Shown: positions 10,547 through 21,751 of the stretch, in pieces | Layout: each line of letters opens with the position of its first letter | Position numbering within the stretch: position 1 is the stretch's first letter | Origin: Nitrospiraceae bacterium | GTDB taxonomy: Bacteria > Nitrospirota > Nitrospiria > Nitrospirales > UBA2166 | Direction of reading: 5' to 3' | Assembly: GCA_002726235.1 (NCBI GenBank) | Contig: PBSN01000008.1 | Coordinates: forward strand, 510,635 to 561,780 | Length of the DNA stretch: 51,146 nucleotides | The notes under the pieces: model-generated | Told to the model about the DNA's origin: nothing | Databases searched by the model: none | The model's input: the letters and a program-made list of their open reading frames with translations, nothing else | Translations under genes and position numbers: made by a program

Positions 10547-11323
10547 TCACCGATCATCAAGTACACACCAGACTGGCGTGTGATCGGACGGATTTTCTTT
10601 TCCGCGTGGGCCTTTGTCAATGCCGGATTCTTGAAGTCGGTCTGCGGCTTCCGGTGAAAGTAAAAGATGATCGATTCGGAGACCATTATTCTTGTTCCAA
10701 CTCCCTGCCTGGTAATCCCAGTAACTATATACTCCTTGCTTAGGATGCAATGTATAGAACGCGTCGGTCAATCCAAGGTGGCACAGAGTGCGATATCGAT
10801 CACGCGATTCTTGATGACACACTGCATCTTCTGCAAATCCTTTAGGATCGTACACATCATCATCGGTTGGGCAAATATTAAAATCTCCCCCCAAAATAAG
10901 TACTTCCTCAGTTTCTAAGAGTTCCTTAGTGTGGGATAGAAGTCGCTCCATCCACTTGAGTTTGTACCTGAACTTTTCCGTCCCAATGGGGTTACCGTTT
11001 GGAAGATAGAGGGATGCAATACGCATTGTCCCAATTAACACTTCTAGATACCGTGCGTGAGTATCAGACGGATCACCAGGCAACACACGCTGTGTTACCT
11101 CTATCATCGGCATTGATAGAATTGCTACCCCGTTGTAAGCTTTTTGGCCAGCGACCGCTAAATTATATCCCAAGTCTTCGATTTCCTCGCGAGGAAACTG
11201 GTCGTCTGTAACCTTCGTTTCCTGAAGCAAAACAATGTCAGGCCTTGATTCTTTCAACCAAGCAAGAAGATTCGGAAGTCTCCTCCTAACTGAATTGACA
11301 TTCCAAGTAGCAATCTTGGTCAT
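10547..11323 (-). CDS. xth: Exodeoxyribonuclease III / AP endonuclease
   Basis: ATWNVNS, LQETK, YLPNG, GDFN, GLRIDH, SDHTPV catalytic motifs. Confidence 0.96.
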   Translation of the reverse strand: MTKIATWNVNSVRRRLPNLLAWLKESRPDIVLLQETKVTDDQFPREEIEDLGYNLAVAGQKAYNGVAILSMPMIEVTQRVLPGDPSDTHARYLEVLIGTMRIASLYLPNGNPIGTEKFRYKLKWMERLLSHTKELLETEEVLILGGDFNICPTDDDVYDPKGFAEDAVCHQESRDRYRTLCHLGLTDAFYTLHPKQGVYSYWDYQAGSWNKNNGLRIDHLLLSPEAADRLQESGIDKGPRGKENPSDHTPVWCVLDDR

Positions 11324-11404
11324 TAAAAATCCTTCATCAAACTTCAGACAGCCTCACAACGCGAAAAATGTCTATCCTACGAAGTAGCCCTTTTCAGCAT
11401 TGTG

Positions 11405-14173
11405 TCAATGTGCCTTATCCCAGGTATCGCCTACTCCAGAATCAACGACCAACGGAACATCCAATGCGACTGCTGGTAAAGCGGCAGATACCATCACTTC
11501 AGTCACGACTTCAGTGGTTTGTGTAATAGCATCCATATCAACTTCAAACAATAGCTCGTCATGAACTGTGAGAAGCATGTGGGCTTTATCAATCAACTCA
11601 TGATGCGCTAATGCAGACGGAACTCGAATCATCGCACGTTTAAGGATGTCAGCAGCAGCACCTTGAATAGGAGCGTTAATCGATGCACGCTCGGCAAAAC
11701 TTCGCTTTGCCGGATTTTTATCGAGAATGCCAGGCACATGACAACGACGACCAAATAATGTTTTCACATACCCATGTTCACGGCAAAACTGTTTGGTGCG
11801 ATCCATATATTCCAAAATTTCAGGGTAGCGTTCAAAATAAGCCTTGATATAGGAAGCGGCTTCACTCTGTTCAATCCCAAGTTGCCGCGCGAGTCCAAAG
11901 GCACTAATTCCATACACAATCCCAAAATTAATGGCTTTAGCTTTCCGGCGAACCATAGGATCCATATTTTCCACCTGAACACCGAACATTTCGCTGGCAG
12001 TCATGGCATGAATATCAACGTTGTCCTGAAATGATTGCGCTAACGCCTTGACGTTCGCGATATGAGCCAATAGTCGTAATTCAATTTGTGAATAGTCGAG
12101 CGAGAGGAGTTGACGATCTCGCCCAGCCAGAAACGTAGCTCGTATCTTCCGTCCTTCTTCCGTACGGACCGGGATGTTTTGGAGATTTGGATCGGTTGAA
12201 GATAGGCGTCCAGTAAATGCGCCAGCCATAGAATATGAAGTGTGAATACGACCTGTACGAGGGTTGATCTGTCCAATCAATGCGTCGGCATAGGTACTCC
12301 TGAGCTTCGAGATTTGACGCCATTCCATCACGCACGCTGGCAGTATATGCCCCTGTGTCGAAAGCCCTTCAAGCACATCTACACCCGTCGCGTACGCGCC
12401 AGTTTCAGTTTTCTTCCCTCCCTCAAAGCCCATCTCTCCAAAAAGAACCTCGCCTAACTGTTTCGGTGATGCAATATTAAACGGATGTCCGGCAAGTTCA
12501 TAAATTTTTGTTTCCAGAACAGCCATCCGTGTCGTGAAGTCTTCACTCAACCGTTTAAGTTCGTCTTCATTGACTTGTATTCCATTAGATTCCATGCTCG
12601 CCAGAACCGGAATCAAGGGACGTTCTAGCCGTTCATACACTGCAGTCATATGCTCTCTGACAAGTCGTGGCTTGAGAAGCCTATGCAAACGCAATGTGAC
12701 ATCAGCATCTTCAGCAGCATAGGCTAGAGCCTTGTCAAGTGGTACGTGATCAAATGTTATTTGCGATTGTCCAATTCCTACGACCTCCTTGTACTTAATC
12801 GTGGTGTGCCCAAGATGAAACTCTGCAAGCGCATCCATCCCATGACCATGGCTACCTCCATCAAGAACATAGGAGAGAAGCATCGTATCATCCACAGGAT
12901 GAATACCAACATCATAATGCGCCAATACTCGCATATCATATTTGATGTTTTGCCCAATTTTAATAACAGCAGGATCAGCAAACAGTGGCCGAATGATTGC
13001 CATTGCCTGATCCATCTGAATTTGCATTGGTGATTCTAGTTCCACACCCTTTGCTGAAGTGGAAGGGATGGGACGATGACCCAAAGGGATATAACATGCG
13101 TAGCCTGGTTCAATACTCATCGACACGCCAACAAGCTCAGCTCTCGATTCGTCCAGAGATGTTGTTTCAGTATCGATCGCGACATAACCCGCATGTCGAG
13201 CTTGACTCACCCAGTTTTCAAGTGAAGTAATCGTTTGAACCAACTCATATTTGGTTTCCTTCAAAATCACATCTTCTGGCAAAACCTCTTTATCATCAGG
13301 CACTAACTCCCCATTCGTACGCAATTGATGTTGCACCTTTGTAATGATCGACTTGAACCCTTGTTCGGCAAGAAACTGTAGCAGAACGGCTGAATCTGGA
13401 CGTCGCATAGCGAGAGCTTTTAGCGGGACGAGAATAGGAACATCATCTTTAAGCCTTACCAGCCGCTTGGAAAGACGTGCGTTTTCCACATTCTCTAGGA
13501 TACTTTCCCGGCGTTTGGGTTGTTTAATCTCTTTTGCCCGTGCAATGAGCGATTCCACATCACCATATTCGTGAATCAATTGCGCAGCTGTTTTCGGACC
13601 TATACCTGGCACTCCAGGCACATTGTCAGTTGCATCCCCTGCTAATGCCTGCACCTCAACAACCTTCTCCGGACCGACCCCAAACTTTTCAACCACCTGG
13701 GCAGGACCAATTGAACGGTTTTTGATGACATCAAAGAGACTAACCTTATCCGACACAAGCTGCATCATATCTTTGTCCGATGAGATGATCGTCACGAATG
13801 CTCCTGCTTCAACGGCCAGACGCGTATAAGTCGCAATCAGATCGTCCGCCTCAAAACCTGCCATCTCGATGCAAGCAAGGTTGAATGCCCGCGTCGCATT
13901 ACGAACCAGATTAAATTGGGGAATTAGATCCTCGGGCGGGTCAGACCGATTGGCCTTGTATGCCGCGTAGATATCGTTACGAAATGTTTTTCGGGCCACG
14001 TCAAAGATAATCGCAACATGATCGGGCTTTAAATCATCTAAGAACTTCATCAGCAGATTGGTAAAGCCAAATACCGCGTTGACCGGTGTGCCATCTGCCC
14101 TCGTGAGCGGAGGAATCGCGTAATACGACCGAAAAATAAACCATGAGGCATCAACGATATAAAGATGTTTCAC
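11405..14173 (-). CDS. polA: DNA polymerase I (probable GTG start 14173; ORF open to 14281)
   Basis: 5'-3' exonuclease (FEADD, GDATDNVPGVPGIG), 3'-5' exonuclease (DTETT, NIKYD, YAAED), polymerase motifs DYSQIELR, KAINFGIVYG, VHDEL. Confidence 0.98.
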   Translation of the reverse strand: MKHLYIVDASWFIFRSYYAIPPLTRADGTPVNAVFGFTNLLMKFLDDLKPDHVAIIFDVARKTFRNDIYAAYKANRSDPPEDLIPQFNLVRNATRAFNLACIEMAGFEADDLIATYTRLAVEAGAFVTIISSDKDMMQLVSDKVSLFDVIKNRSIGPAQVVEKFGVGPEKVVEVQALAGDATDNVPGVPGIGPKTAAQLIHEYGDVESLIARAKEIKQPKRRESILENVENARLSKRLVRLKDDVPILVPLKALAMRRPDSAVLLQFLAEQGFKSIITKVQHQLRTNGELVPDDKEVLPEDVILKETKYELVQTITSLENWVSQARHAGYVAIDTETTSLDESRAELVGVSMSIEPGYACYIPLGHRPIPSTSAKGVELESPMQIQMDQAMAIIRPLFADPAVIKIGQNIKYDMRVLAHYDVGIHPVDDTMLLSYVLDGGSHGHGMDALAEFHLGHTTIKYKEVVGIGQSQITFDHVPLDKALAYAAEDADVTLRLHRLLKPRLVREHMTAVYERLERPLIPVLASMESNGIQVNEDELKRLSEDFTTRMAVLETKIYELAGHPFNIASPKQLGEVLFGEMGFEGGKKTETGAYATGVDVLEGLSTQGHILPACVMEWRQISKLRSTYADALIGQINPRTGRIHTSYSMAGAFTGRLSSTDPNLQNIPVRTEEGRKIRATFLAGRDRQLLSLDYSQIELRLLAHIANVKALAQSFQDNVDIHAMTASEMFGVQVENMDPMVRRKAKAINFGIVYGISAFGLARQLGIEQSEAASYIKAYFERYPEILEYMDRTKQFCREHGYVKTLFGRRCHVPGILDKNPAKRSFAERASINAPIQGAAADILKRAMIRVPSALAHHELIDKAHMLLTVHDELLFEVDMDAITQTTEVVTEVMVSAALPAVALDVPLVVDSGVGDTWDKAH

Positions 14174-14825
14174 GCGATGAGAGGTTCCATGAACTATGCC
14201 CCAGGTTGCTATTATGGTCCAGCGCATACCATGCCAGAACTGCGCCAAAGTGTCGAGATTTGACAACCGTTTCAACATCACTCCCGCGATAAATACGAGA
14301 CTTTGTTAATTATCACACGGAGCAAATTATTACTTGGGCGCATTCTCCTGGCTGGTGGGAACCTAAGAAGAATCATACCCTTAATATCGAATAACTGAAC
14401 GGCAAATACGATGTGCCCTGTCCTCAACCTTCCCTGCTAAATATCGTGGTCAGATACGATGGTGTTTGGCAACAAGCACTTGGCACTGGAAGACGCGGGG
14501 GTGGAGGCGGAGACAGCGCGTTGGCGAATTGTCATTCACCCTGTCTCCATCTCCCCTTCGGATCTCGTTATTGTAGCCGATACCACGAATGAGATTCGCA
14601 CTGGACGTGAACACCAGCTTTTTTGAACCACCTGACGGCAACCGATAGGCCATCCCCACGTTGAAAACGCGCCTGAAATATCGTTATGATGCAACAGATC
14701 ATGACGGCTGTTTCAGACCAGACTAAGAATAAAACACCATCGCTGCCAAACTCATTTTCACGTTCTAGTCTCAAGCTTCAGGCAATAGTGTCCATACGCT
14801 GTCACCTGAATTCTAAGATCCCCCT

Positions 14826-15370
14826 ATGACCCACGACATCATTATCATTGAGGGTGGATCTGCCAGATGCGCTACGGTACGTACCGCCAGAGATGCTGGC
14901 GCAGACGTGGAGATCGTCGACCACGGCCCGCTCGGAAACCTCTGCATCCTTCGAGGATGCATGCCAACCAAAACCATTCTCCGCTCATCCGACATTATGT
15001 CACTAATGAGGCGTGCCGAGAAGTTTGGACTGCATTCCGTATCCGCAAAAGTAATATCTCTGCAATCATCGATCGCAAATCTCGCTTGATCAAAGAATTC
15101 GCAGATGATCGAATTGAGGCGCTCAATGACACGCAGTTTACGCTATATGAAGAACGCGCCTCATTTCAAACCGTTGTGTGAACCAAAAACCGGCGTGATT
15201 ATTGGCAAACACATTGTCGGACCCAAAGCCTCTGAACTCATCCATGAGTTGATCACTACTATGTATTACGAAGGCACCGTCCGAGACATTCTCCGCATGC
15301 CCCACTACCACCAACCCTTGCTAAGATCATGCCCTACCCTGCTGAAGAGCTTGTCCAACAACTTTCATAG
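14826..15370 (+). pseudogene. Degraded pyridine nucleotide-disulfide oxidoreductase (dihydrolipoamide dehydrogenase/MerA-like)
   Basis: Redox motif LCILRGCMPTK with a damaged GxGxxG (EGGSAR); frameshift near 15048; jump near 15165 to the C-terminal dimerisation domain (IVGPKASELIHE...PHYH, then PTLA after a second frameshift); central NAD-binding domain absent. Confidence 0.85.
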
Positions 15371-15470
15371 GTCAAACACCAAACTGAGATTTAGCTGAGA
15401 ATGTCACTGCGATGGATGATGGGACGCGCCCTACGGTAAACTACAAAATGATGATCACTGGTATTCACTC

Positions 15471-16718
15471 ATGAAAGCTGCAATCATCGCACTTGGTTCT
15501 GAACTTCTCGGCACCACCAAACTCGACAAGAATTCTCTCCTCATTACTGCAATGCTTGAACGCTTTGGCATTGAGCTTATCGGAAAATCAACCATCGGCG
15601 ACAACGAAAAAACCATCGGCGACACCCTCAAACAGCTGATCCCGCATACAAACGTGATCGTCATGACCGGAGGTCTTGGGCCGACTGCCGACGACGTGAC
15701 GCGATCCGCCGTCGCAGACGCACTTGGAAAAACACTTTCGCTCGACCCAAACATCGAGGAGAAGTTACGTTGCCGCTTCGCCAGTATGGGTCGACAAATG
15801 ACAGCAGTAAACCGCAAACAGGCCTTGATGATCGAAGGCGGGACGACGCTCGAGAATGCGTATGGAACGGCACCTGGCATTCGCATTAAGCATGCAGGAA
15901 CAACAATATTTCTCTTTCCAGGAGTCCCTCAGGAAGTTGATTCCATGATTGAAAACCATCTCAGACCGTGGCTCCAAGAACATGCGTCCTCAGGTGGAAG
16001 CCAGAAAAGCATTGAGCGCGCGGTGCTAAAGATCGCGTGCCTTCCAGAATCCGAAGTTGAGCAGTGCATCCTTCCTGTCTACGAAGAATTTGGAAGAGAA
16101 TGGTTCACCATTCTCGGGTCACCGGGTGAGGTCACCCTTCACCTTAAAGCGCAGGGCCAAGAAACTCATTGCAAAACGAAACTCTACGCCATGCAAAAAC
16201 GGTTGCGCGAGTTGCTTGGAGATGCCATCTTCACCAACCGAGCAAACTGGAGTCTCGAAAAGGTGGTCGGGTACTTGCTCGCAAGTCAGAAGCGCACCTT
16301 GGCGACAGCTGAATCCTGCACCGGAGGGCTCTTAGCCGAACGGCTAACGCGCGTACCTGGATCAAGCGCCTATTTCCTCGGAGGCCTCGTCACCTATTCC
16401 CATGACTCGAAAAAAGATCTGCTTGGAATTTCAAAAGCAACAATCCAGGAACATGGGGCAGTAAGCAAAACTGTCGCAATAGCGATGGCAGAAAATGTAC
16501 TAAGACAACACGGAAGCGATTACGGAATTGGACTTACCGGAGTCGCCGGACCAGACGGCGGGAGTGAAACAAAACCGGTTGGAACCGTGCATATTGCCTT
16601 AGCCGGACCAAGAGACAAGGAGATCAACCATCAACAAAAATGTTTTCTAGGCGATCGTGATCGCGTCCGTTTTCAATCCACCCAATGGGCACTGAATATG
16701 CTAAGGCAGGTGCTTTGA
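15471..16718 (+). CDS. cinA: Competence/damage-inducible protein CinA (MoCF-like domain plus PncC NMN deamidase)
   Basis: GSELL, TGGLGPTADDVT, PGVP, AESCTGG, GSSAYF, TGVAGPDGG motifs. Confidence 0.95.
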   Translation: MKAAIIALGSELLGTTKLDKNSLLITAMLERFGIELIGKSTIGDNEKTIGDTLKQLIPHTNVIVMTGGLGPTADDVTRSAVADALGKTLSLDPNIEEKLRCRFASMGRQMTAVNRKQALMIEGGTTLENAYGTAPGIRIKHAGTTIFLFPGVPQEVDSMIENHLRPWLQEHASSGGSQKSIERAVLKIACLPESEVEQCILPVYEEFGREWFTILGSPGEVTLHLKAQGQETHCKTKLYAMQKRLRELLGDAIFTNRANWSLEKVVGYLLASQKRTLATAESCTGGLLAERLTRVPGSSAYFLGGLVTYSHDSKKDLLGISKATIQEHGAVSKTVAIAMAENVLRQHGSDYGIGLTGVAGPDGGSETKPVGTVHIALAGPRDKEINHQQKCFLGDRDRVRFQSTQWALNMLRQVL

Positions 16719-16919
16719 ATACACGGCGACGTCTCCGACAGAAGCGAAGTTTCCCCATGATGTACTGGTCGAATGAGCACTAAACATGGCTTACTGCAAA
16801 AATATTTTCAAAGGCATCCTATGAGGACTGCTTCGATGCTGTAGTTTCATCCACTATTATACTTCACAGTCAATCCCAAGCCCATCATCTTTGCGGTCGC
16901 GGAACAACAACAAACACCG

Positions 16920-19364
16920 CTACTTCAAACCTACGATGGTGACGCCATCTCCTCCTTCATGCCGATCCCCAGGACGAAAACTCTCCACATAGGGAGATCC
17001 TTGCAGGTACTCCCGTAATACTTGTTTGAGCTTTCCGGTTCCATGTCCATGGATCACGCGAACGAAGTGCGCATTAGTCAACGATACCTGATCAAGAAAG
17101 TTTACCATTTCACATAACGCATCATCAGCAAACTTCCCTCGGACATCGAGATTTTCTGAACTAGGATCTATTGCACCACGCAGGAAGGGTTCGTGTATCA
17201 CTGCACGTAGCCTCAAATCGTGTTCGCCGGATGCTGTCTTAACGCGTCCACCGAGATGATTAACATCAACTGATAGCTCACGTTCCCCAATACGAACGCG
17301 CACTCGACAATTTGGCTGTGGAGGTTCACATAATGTTCCCACCACGCCCAATGGCTTGATTTCTACCTGATCTCCTGCTCGAAGTTGATCAAGTGGAACA
17401 CGGGAAAGCGGATCAGAAAAGTGATCGATCGTCTCACTCTCGATTGTAGCAAGCTGTTTTTTTGCTCTTCTAATTTCTGCTGGAGCCTTTTCTTTTTTCG
17501 TTTTCTCGAGAAGCTGATGCATCCTCCGCTTTGCCACCGCGAACTCTTCAAGAACTTTTCTACGCACATCTTTTTTTAACTCTCGTTCCGCCTCTTGAAT
17601 CTTGGTAGCCGCCTCCTGCTGCACATGCGCCAAACGCTCACTCTCTTCTCGTGCAGCCTGCGCACGCGTCAGTTCCTCCTCTAGCCAACGTTGTCGCTGC
17701 TGGAGTTCGTCCACAATTCGTGTCATCGCCTGTTCGTCTTCACTTGTCGTACCTTGCTTTGCTCGATTCAATGCATCTTCCAACAGAGTTTCATCCATCC
17801 CCAACCGCCCAGCAATATCAATCGCCGAACTTCCACCCGGAATACCAAACAGAACACGGTACGTCGGCGAAAGCGTAGGCACATCAAATTCAGCGCTGGC
17901 ATTGAGAAACCCTGCTCGTGACTGCGCAAGCACCTTGAGCCTCGGATAATGTGTTGTGACAACGACTTTCATCCCCTCTTCCGTTAGACGAAGCAGCAAG
18001 GCCTCGGCCAAGGCTGCCCCTTCTGTCGGATCTGTGGATGTGACAGGTTCATCGAGTAAGACGAGTGCGCCAGGATCGGCATGACGAAGTAATCCAATCA
18101 TCTGTGTGATGTGGGCTGAAAAACTCGATAGATCACGACTGAGATCTTGTGCGTCACCTATATCTGCATACACCTCGGGGAAAAACGCCATTTCGGATCC
18201 CGCTTCACATGGGAGAGGCAAACCCGCACGCACCATTAAGGCAAACAAACCCAATAGTTTTAAGGTCACGGTTTTTCCACCCGCATTGGGTCCGGAAATC
18301 ACAAGACCGTTGACCGCATCGTCAAGGTAGAGATCATTTGGAATGACATCGCCCTGTACCTCTTCTCCATTCCCGTTTGCAGTTAACCCCCCTTCTGCCC
18401 GTACACGCAAACGCACGAGAACCAAAAGTGGATGGCGTGCCCGATCGAGGCGAAGACGCCCGTCGGTGTTGAGACCAACAGGTTTTGCATCAAGAAGACG
18501 ACTTAACGCTGCCTTTGCGGCAATACAGTCAAATTCAGCCAAGCACACAAGATCATCGGCAATGCTCCCTGTATGAGGTGCAAGGTATTGGGAAAGATCA
18601 TTCAGAATTCTCCTAACTTCCCGCTCTACCTCTATTTCTGCGACCTTCATCTGGTTATTTCGCTCAACTAGTTCGCGCGGTTCAATAAACACCGTCGCAC
18701 CACTTGCCGACACATCATGGACAATTCCAGGCACTTGCGACCGACATTCCGCACGAACTGGCAACACATACCGACTCGCACGAAGATCAAAATACTGTTC
18801 TTGAAGAAGTTCAGAGAGCTTGGGTTTATTGAGCATCGTATCCATTCGCTTTCGAATCCGTTCTTTACAACCCCGAAGTGTCTCTATGCGCTTACTCAAA
18901 TCTGAAGTTGCGCTTGGGCGAATGTTCCCTTCCTCATCAATGCAGTGATTGAGAACGTTTTTGAGCTGCGTATGCTCACCCAAAGCACCTGCTTTTCGAC
19001 AAAGCAGCGGAAGCAACGCATGTGCAGCTGTCAACTTAACCTTGACCCCAGCCACCTGCCCAAGCACCATAGAAATCTGATGGAATTCACTCATCTCCAG
19101 CGTTCCACCTTTCTCGAGGCGTCGCAACATGGGACGAAGATCGGGAAAGGGCATCAGAGAAAACCCTTCTTTCCGATCTTGTAACACCAACATCTCACTC
19201 GTTTCACCAAGCATCTGCTCCGCGTCGGCCTTATGATCCGCGAGCCGAAGCATTCGACATAAATCCGCACCCATGGTTGAACTCGTGTGTTTGGCAAGCG
19301 AATCCAACAGTACATCCCATTCAAGAACGGTTTCGGCCTTGCGAAGAAGTGCTGATTTTGTCAC
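16920..19364 (-). CDS. mutS2: MutS2 endonuclease / ribosome-collision ATPase
   Basis: SGPNAGGKT Walker A, LSSFSAH, LLDE, TTHY; coiled coil; KOW-like region; C-terminal Smr domain (LDVRG...IHGHGTG...GGDGVT). Confidence 0.96.
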   Translation of the reverse strand: MTKSALLRKAETVLEWDVLLDSLAKHTSSTMGADLCRMLRLADHKADAEQMLGETSEMLVLQDRKEGFSLMPFPDLRPMLRRLEKGGTLEMSEFHQISMVLGQVAGVKVKLTAAHALLPLLCRKAGALGEHTQLKNVLNHCIDEEGNIRPSATSDLSKRIETLRGCKERIRKRMDTMLNKPKLSELLQEQYFDLRASRYVLPVRAECRSQVPGIVHDVSASGATVFIEPRELVERNNQMKVAEIEVEREVRRILNDLSQYLAPHTGSIADDLVCLAEFDCIAAKAALSRLLDAKPVGLNTDGRLRLDRARHPLLVLVRLRVRAEGGLTANGNGEEVQGDVIPNDLYLDDAVNGLVISGPNAGGKTVTLKLLGLFALMVRAGLPLPCEAGSEMAFFPEVYADIGDAQDLSRDLSSFSAHITQMIGLLRHADPGALVLLDEPVTSTDPTEGAALAEALLLRLTEEGMKVVVTTHYPRLKVLAQSRAGFLNASAEFDVPTLSPTYRVLFGIPGGSSAIDIAGRLGMDETLLEDALNRAKQGTTSEDEQAMTRIVDELQQRQRWLEEELTRAQAAREESERLAHVQQEAATKIQEAERELKKDVRRKVLEEFAVAKRRMHQLLEKTKKEKAPAEIRRAKKQLATIESETIDHFSDPLSRVPLDQLRAGDQVEIKPLGVVGTLCEPPQPNCRVRVRIGERELSVDVNHLGGRVKTASGEHDLRLRAVIHEPFLRGAIDPSSENLDVRGKFADDALCEMVNFLDQVSLTNAHFVRVIHGHGTGKLKQVLREYLQGSPYVESFRPGDRHEGGDGVTIVGLK

Positions 19365-19435
19365 GGCATACGGCAGTTGCAGGTTGTAAGAGTGTTACTC
19401 TTTACAAGATTCAGAGACTTACTTACACTCTTATT

Positions 19436-20080
19436 ATGATTCCTGTTGACCTTATCATTTTCGATCTTGACGGCACCCTGATCGACTCGAAAAAAGATAT
19501 CGCCACTGCGGTCAATCTAACCCTTACTGACATGGGCATGGCAACACTCAACGAACAGGTGATCTACGGATATGTTGGCGAGGGCGTACGGCGACTCCTC
19601 AAACAATCGGTTGGTATAGAAAACCACTCACGGTGCACTGAGGCTCTGAAGATATTTCGTCAACACTATTTGGAGCATCTACTCGACACCACTCGATTCC
19701 ACCCTGGCATTGATGGCGTTCTCGCACATTTTTCCCACAAACCAAAGGCTATTGTCACCAACAAGCCAACTGACTATACCATGGCAATCCTCGAAGGGTT
19801 GGCCGTCGTCGATCAGTTTGAAATGGTAATCGGAAGCGAAGGGACTCAGGAGTTGAAACCACACCCGGCCATGATACTAAAGGCGGTAGAGGGATTCAAG
19901 GTTGATCGGTCGAAAGCTGTTATGGTCGGAGATAGCGTCCTTGACGTGCAAGCTGCACAAGCCGCAGGCACCAAGTCATGTGCAGTTGGTTATGGCATGG
20001 GTGTCCGCAGCCAGTTGGAAGCATCCCGACCTAATTTTTTTTGCGAATACGCTAAAGAGCTGACAACCCTATTTCAATAA
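19436..20080 (+). CDS. HAD-IA hydrolase, phosphoglycolate phosphatase-like
   Basis: FDLDGTLIDS motif I, TNK, KPHP, MVGDS..D; ATG 19436 avoids overlap with mutS2. Confidence 0.9.
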   Translation: MIPVDLIIFDLDGTLIDSKKDIATAVNLTLTDMGMATLNEQVIYGYVGEGVRRLLKQSVGIENHSRCTEALKIFRQHYLEHLLDTTRFHPGIDGVLAHFSHKPKAIVTNKPTDYTMAILEGLAVVDQFEMVIGSEGTQELKPHPAMILKAVEGFKVDRSKAVMVGDSVLDVQAAQAAGTKSCAVGYGMGVRSQLEASRPNFFCEYAKELTTLFQ

Positions 20081-20134
20081 TGATCTAAAATCCTCTTAGC
20101 CCCTTTCCAAAGGGAGAACCTCAAAGGAGGCTTA

Positions 20135-21751
20135 ATGCACTCAGAACCGAGCAACACTCCTATCACACACGATCGTTCAATGCTTTGCACCCTTATCGTG
20201 GAAAAATCACAAAATCCCCCTATCCCCCATTTCGCAAAGAAGGGACTGCGAACATACTGCGCCATTGCTTTTAGCGTCTTTGTTGGACTCTGGGGACCCA
20301 ATACCTTCGCACAATCTGAAACCCTTGCCGATCGAGTAATCGAACATCGACTCGACAATGGACTCACATTGTTGATGGTCGAACGACATCAAGCTCCTAT
20401 CGTATCTATCAATCTCACCTTTAGGGTTGGGAGTGTTAACGAGCATGTTGGAATCACCGGTGTCGCTCATCTTTATGAACACATGGCCTTTAAGGGAAGC
20501 AAAACACTGGGAACATCAGATTACGAGACCGAACGAGTGTTACTGGATAAACTCGATCAACTCGATCAGGAGATCCTCCGAGAACGCAAAAATGCGACTC
20601 CCGACAACGAAAAGCTCAAAACCATGCAACAGCAATTTACAGAACTGGAGACCAAGGCCAACGCCCTCGCAGTTCAAAACGAGTTCGGGCTGTTATATGA
20701 CTCGCACGGTGCTATCGGACTGAATGCCAGCACCTCCAGTGAACTCACGCGATACATCGTCAGCCTGCCGGCAAACCGACTTCCCATGTGGGCTGCGGTT
20801 GAGTCAGATCGAATGCGCAATCCCGTCCTGCGTGAATTCTACAAGGAAAAAGGTGTTGTCCTTGAAGAACGCCGGTTGCGAACAGACAATAGCCCATCGG
20901 GACGAATGTTTGAAGCATTCACATCGACAGCGTTTTGGGCACATCCGTACCACAACCCTGTAATTGGGTGGCCTACTGATATTGCAAATCTCACCGTGTC
21001 CGAAACCCAAGCATTTTTTAAAGATCATTACGGCCCAAATAACGCAGTCCTCGCAATTGTTGGAGATATTCATCCACCGGATGTCATCGCGTTGATTGAG
21101 GCAACCTTTGGCCCAATACCCAGCCAGCCTCCACCGCCTCCCCTCGTAACTGTGGAGCCACCACAAAACGGAGAACGCCGAGTTAACGTTCAGTACAACG
21201 CTGAACCGTTTGTGCTAATCGGATTTCACAAACCTGGAGTTGGGCATTCTGATGATGACGTGTTCGACGTTATTGATTCGATATTGTCCTCAGGGCGAAC
21301 ATCACGAATGCACAAACAGATCGTACAGAAGAAACAACTCGCCATACGCGTTGGATCTTTCACGGGTTTTCCTGGCAATCGCTTTCCCAATCTTTTCGTG
21401 ATCAGTGCGGTGCCACGGGCCCCCCACACAACAGCCGAACTTGAAGAAGCAGTATATGAAGAACTTGATAAACTGAAGACAGATCCAATTGAGTCTCGGG
21501 AGCTAGAAAAGGTGATCAATAATCTCGATGCCTATCTTGTTCGCTCGCTTCAATCCAATAGTGGACTCGCTTCTCAACTCACCTATTTTGAGGCGATTGC
21601 TGGTGATTGGAACTATCTCATTGAGATACGAGATCGAATGGCCAAAATCACCCAAGAGGACATACAACGCGCAGCAAACAAATATCTGGTGAAGAAAAAT
21701 CGCGTCGTTGCAACTTTGATCAAAAAAACAAAAAAAGGATCTGCGCAATGA
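20135..21751 (+). CDS. M16B zinc peptidase, catalytic subunit (secreted)
   Basis: HLYEH (HxxEH) motif, NASTS, VVLEERR, HPY. Confidence 0.93.
   Translation: MHSEPSNTPITHDRSMLCTLIVEKSQNPPIPHFAKKGLRTYCAIAFSVFVGLWGPNTFAQSETLADRVIEHRLDNGLTLLMVERHQAPIVSINLTFRVGSVNEHVGITGVAHLYEHMAFKGSKTLGTSDYETERVLLDKLDQLDQEILRERKNATPDNEKLKTMQQQFTELETKANALAVQNEFGLLYDSHGAIGLNASTSSELTRYIVSLPANRLPMWAAVESDRMRNPVLREFYKEKGVVLEERRLRTDNSPSGRMFEAFTSTAFWAHPYHNPVIGWPTDIANLTVSETQAFFKDHYGPNNAVLAIVGDIHPPDVIALIEATFGPIPSQPPPPPLVTVEPPQNGERRVNVQYNAEPFVLIGFHKPGVGHSDDDVFDVIDSILSSGRTSRMHKQIVQKKQLAIRVGSFTGFPGNRFPNLFVISAVPRAPHTTAELEEAVYEELDKLKTDPIESRELEKVINNLDAYLVRSLQSNSGLASQLTYFEAIAGDWNYLIEIRDRMAKITQEDIQRAANKYLVKKNRVVATLIKKTKKGSAQ

Noticed and set aside
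14497..14557. Hairpin GGAGACAG/CTGTCTCC upstream of polA
   Set aside because: Single stem with no U-tract, no riboswitch consensus and no second copy seen
19277..19435. N-terminal extension of the HAD ORF
   Set aside because: Overlaps the mutS2 start on the opposite strand; the HAD motif begins right after ATG 19436
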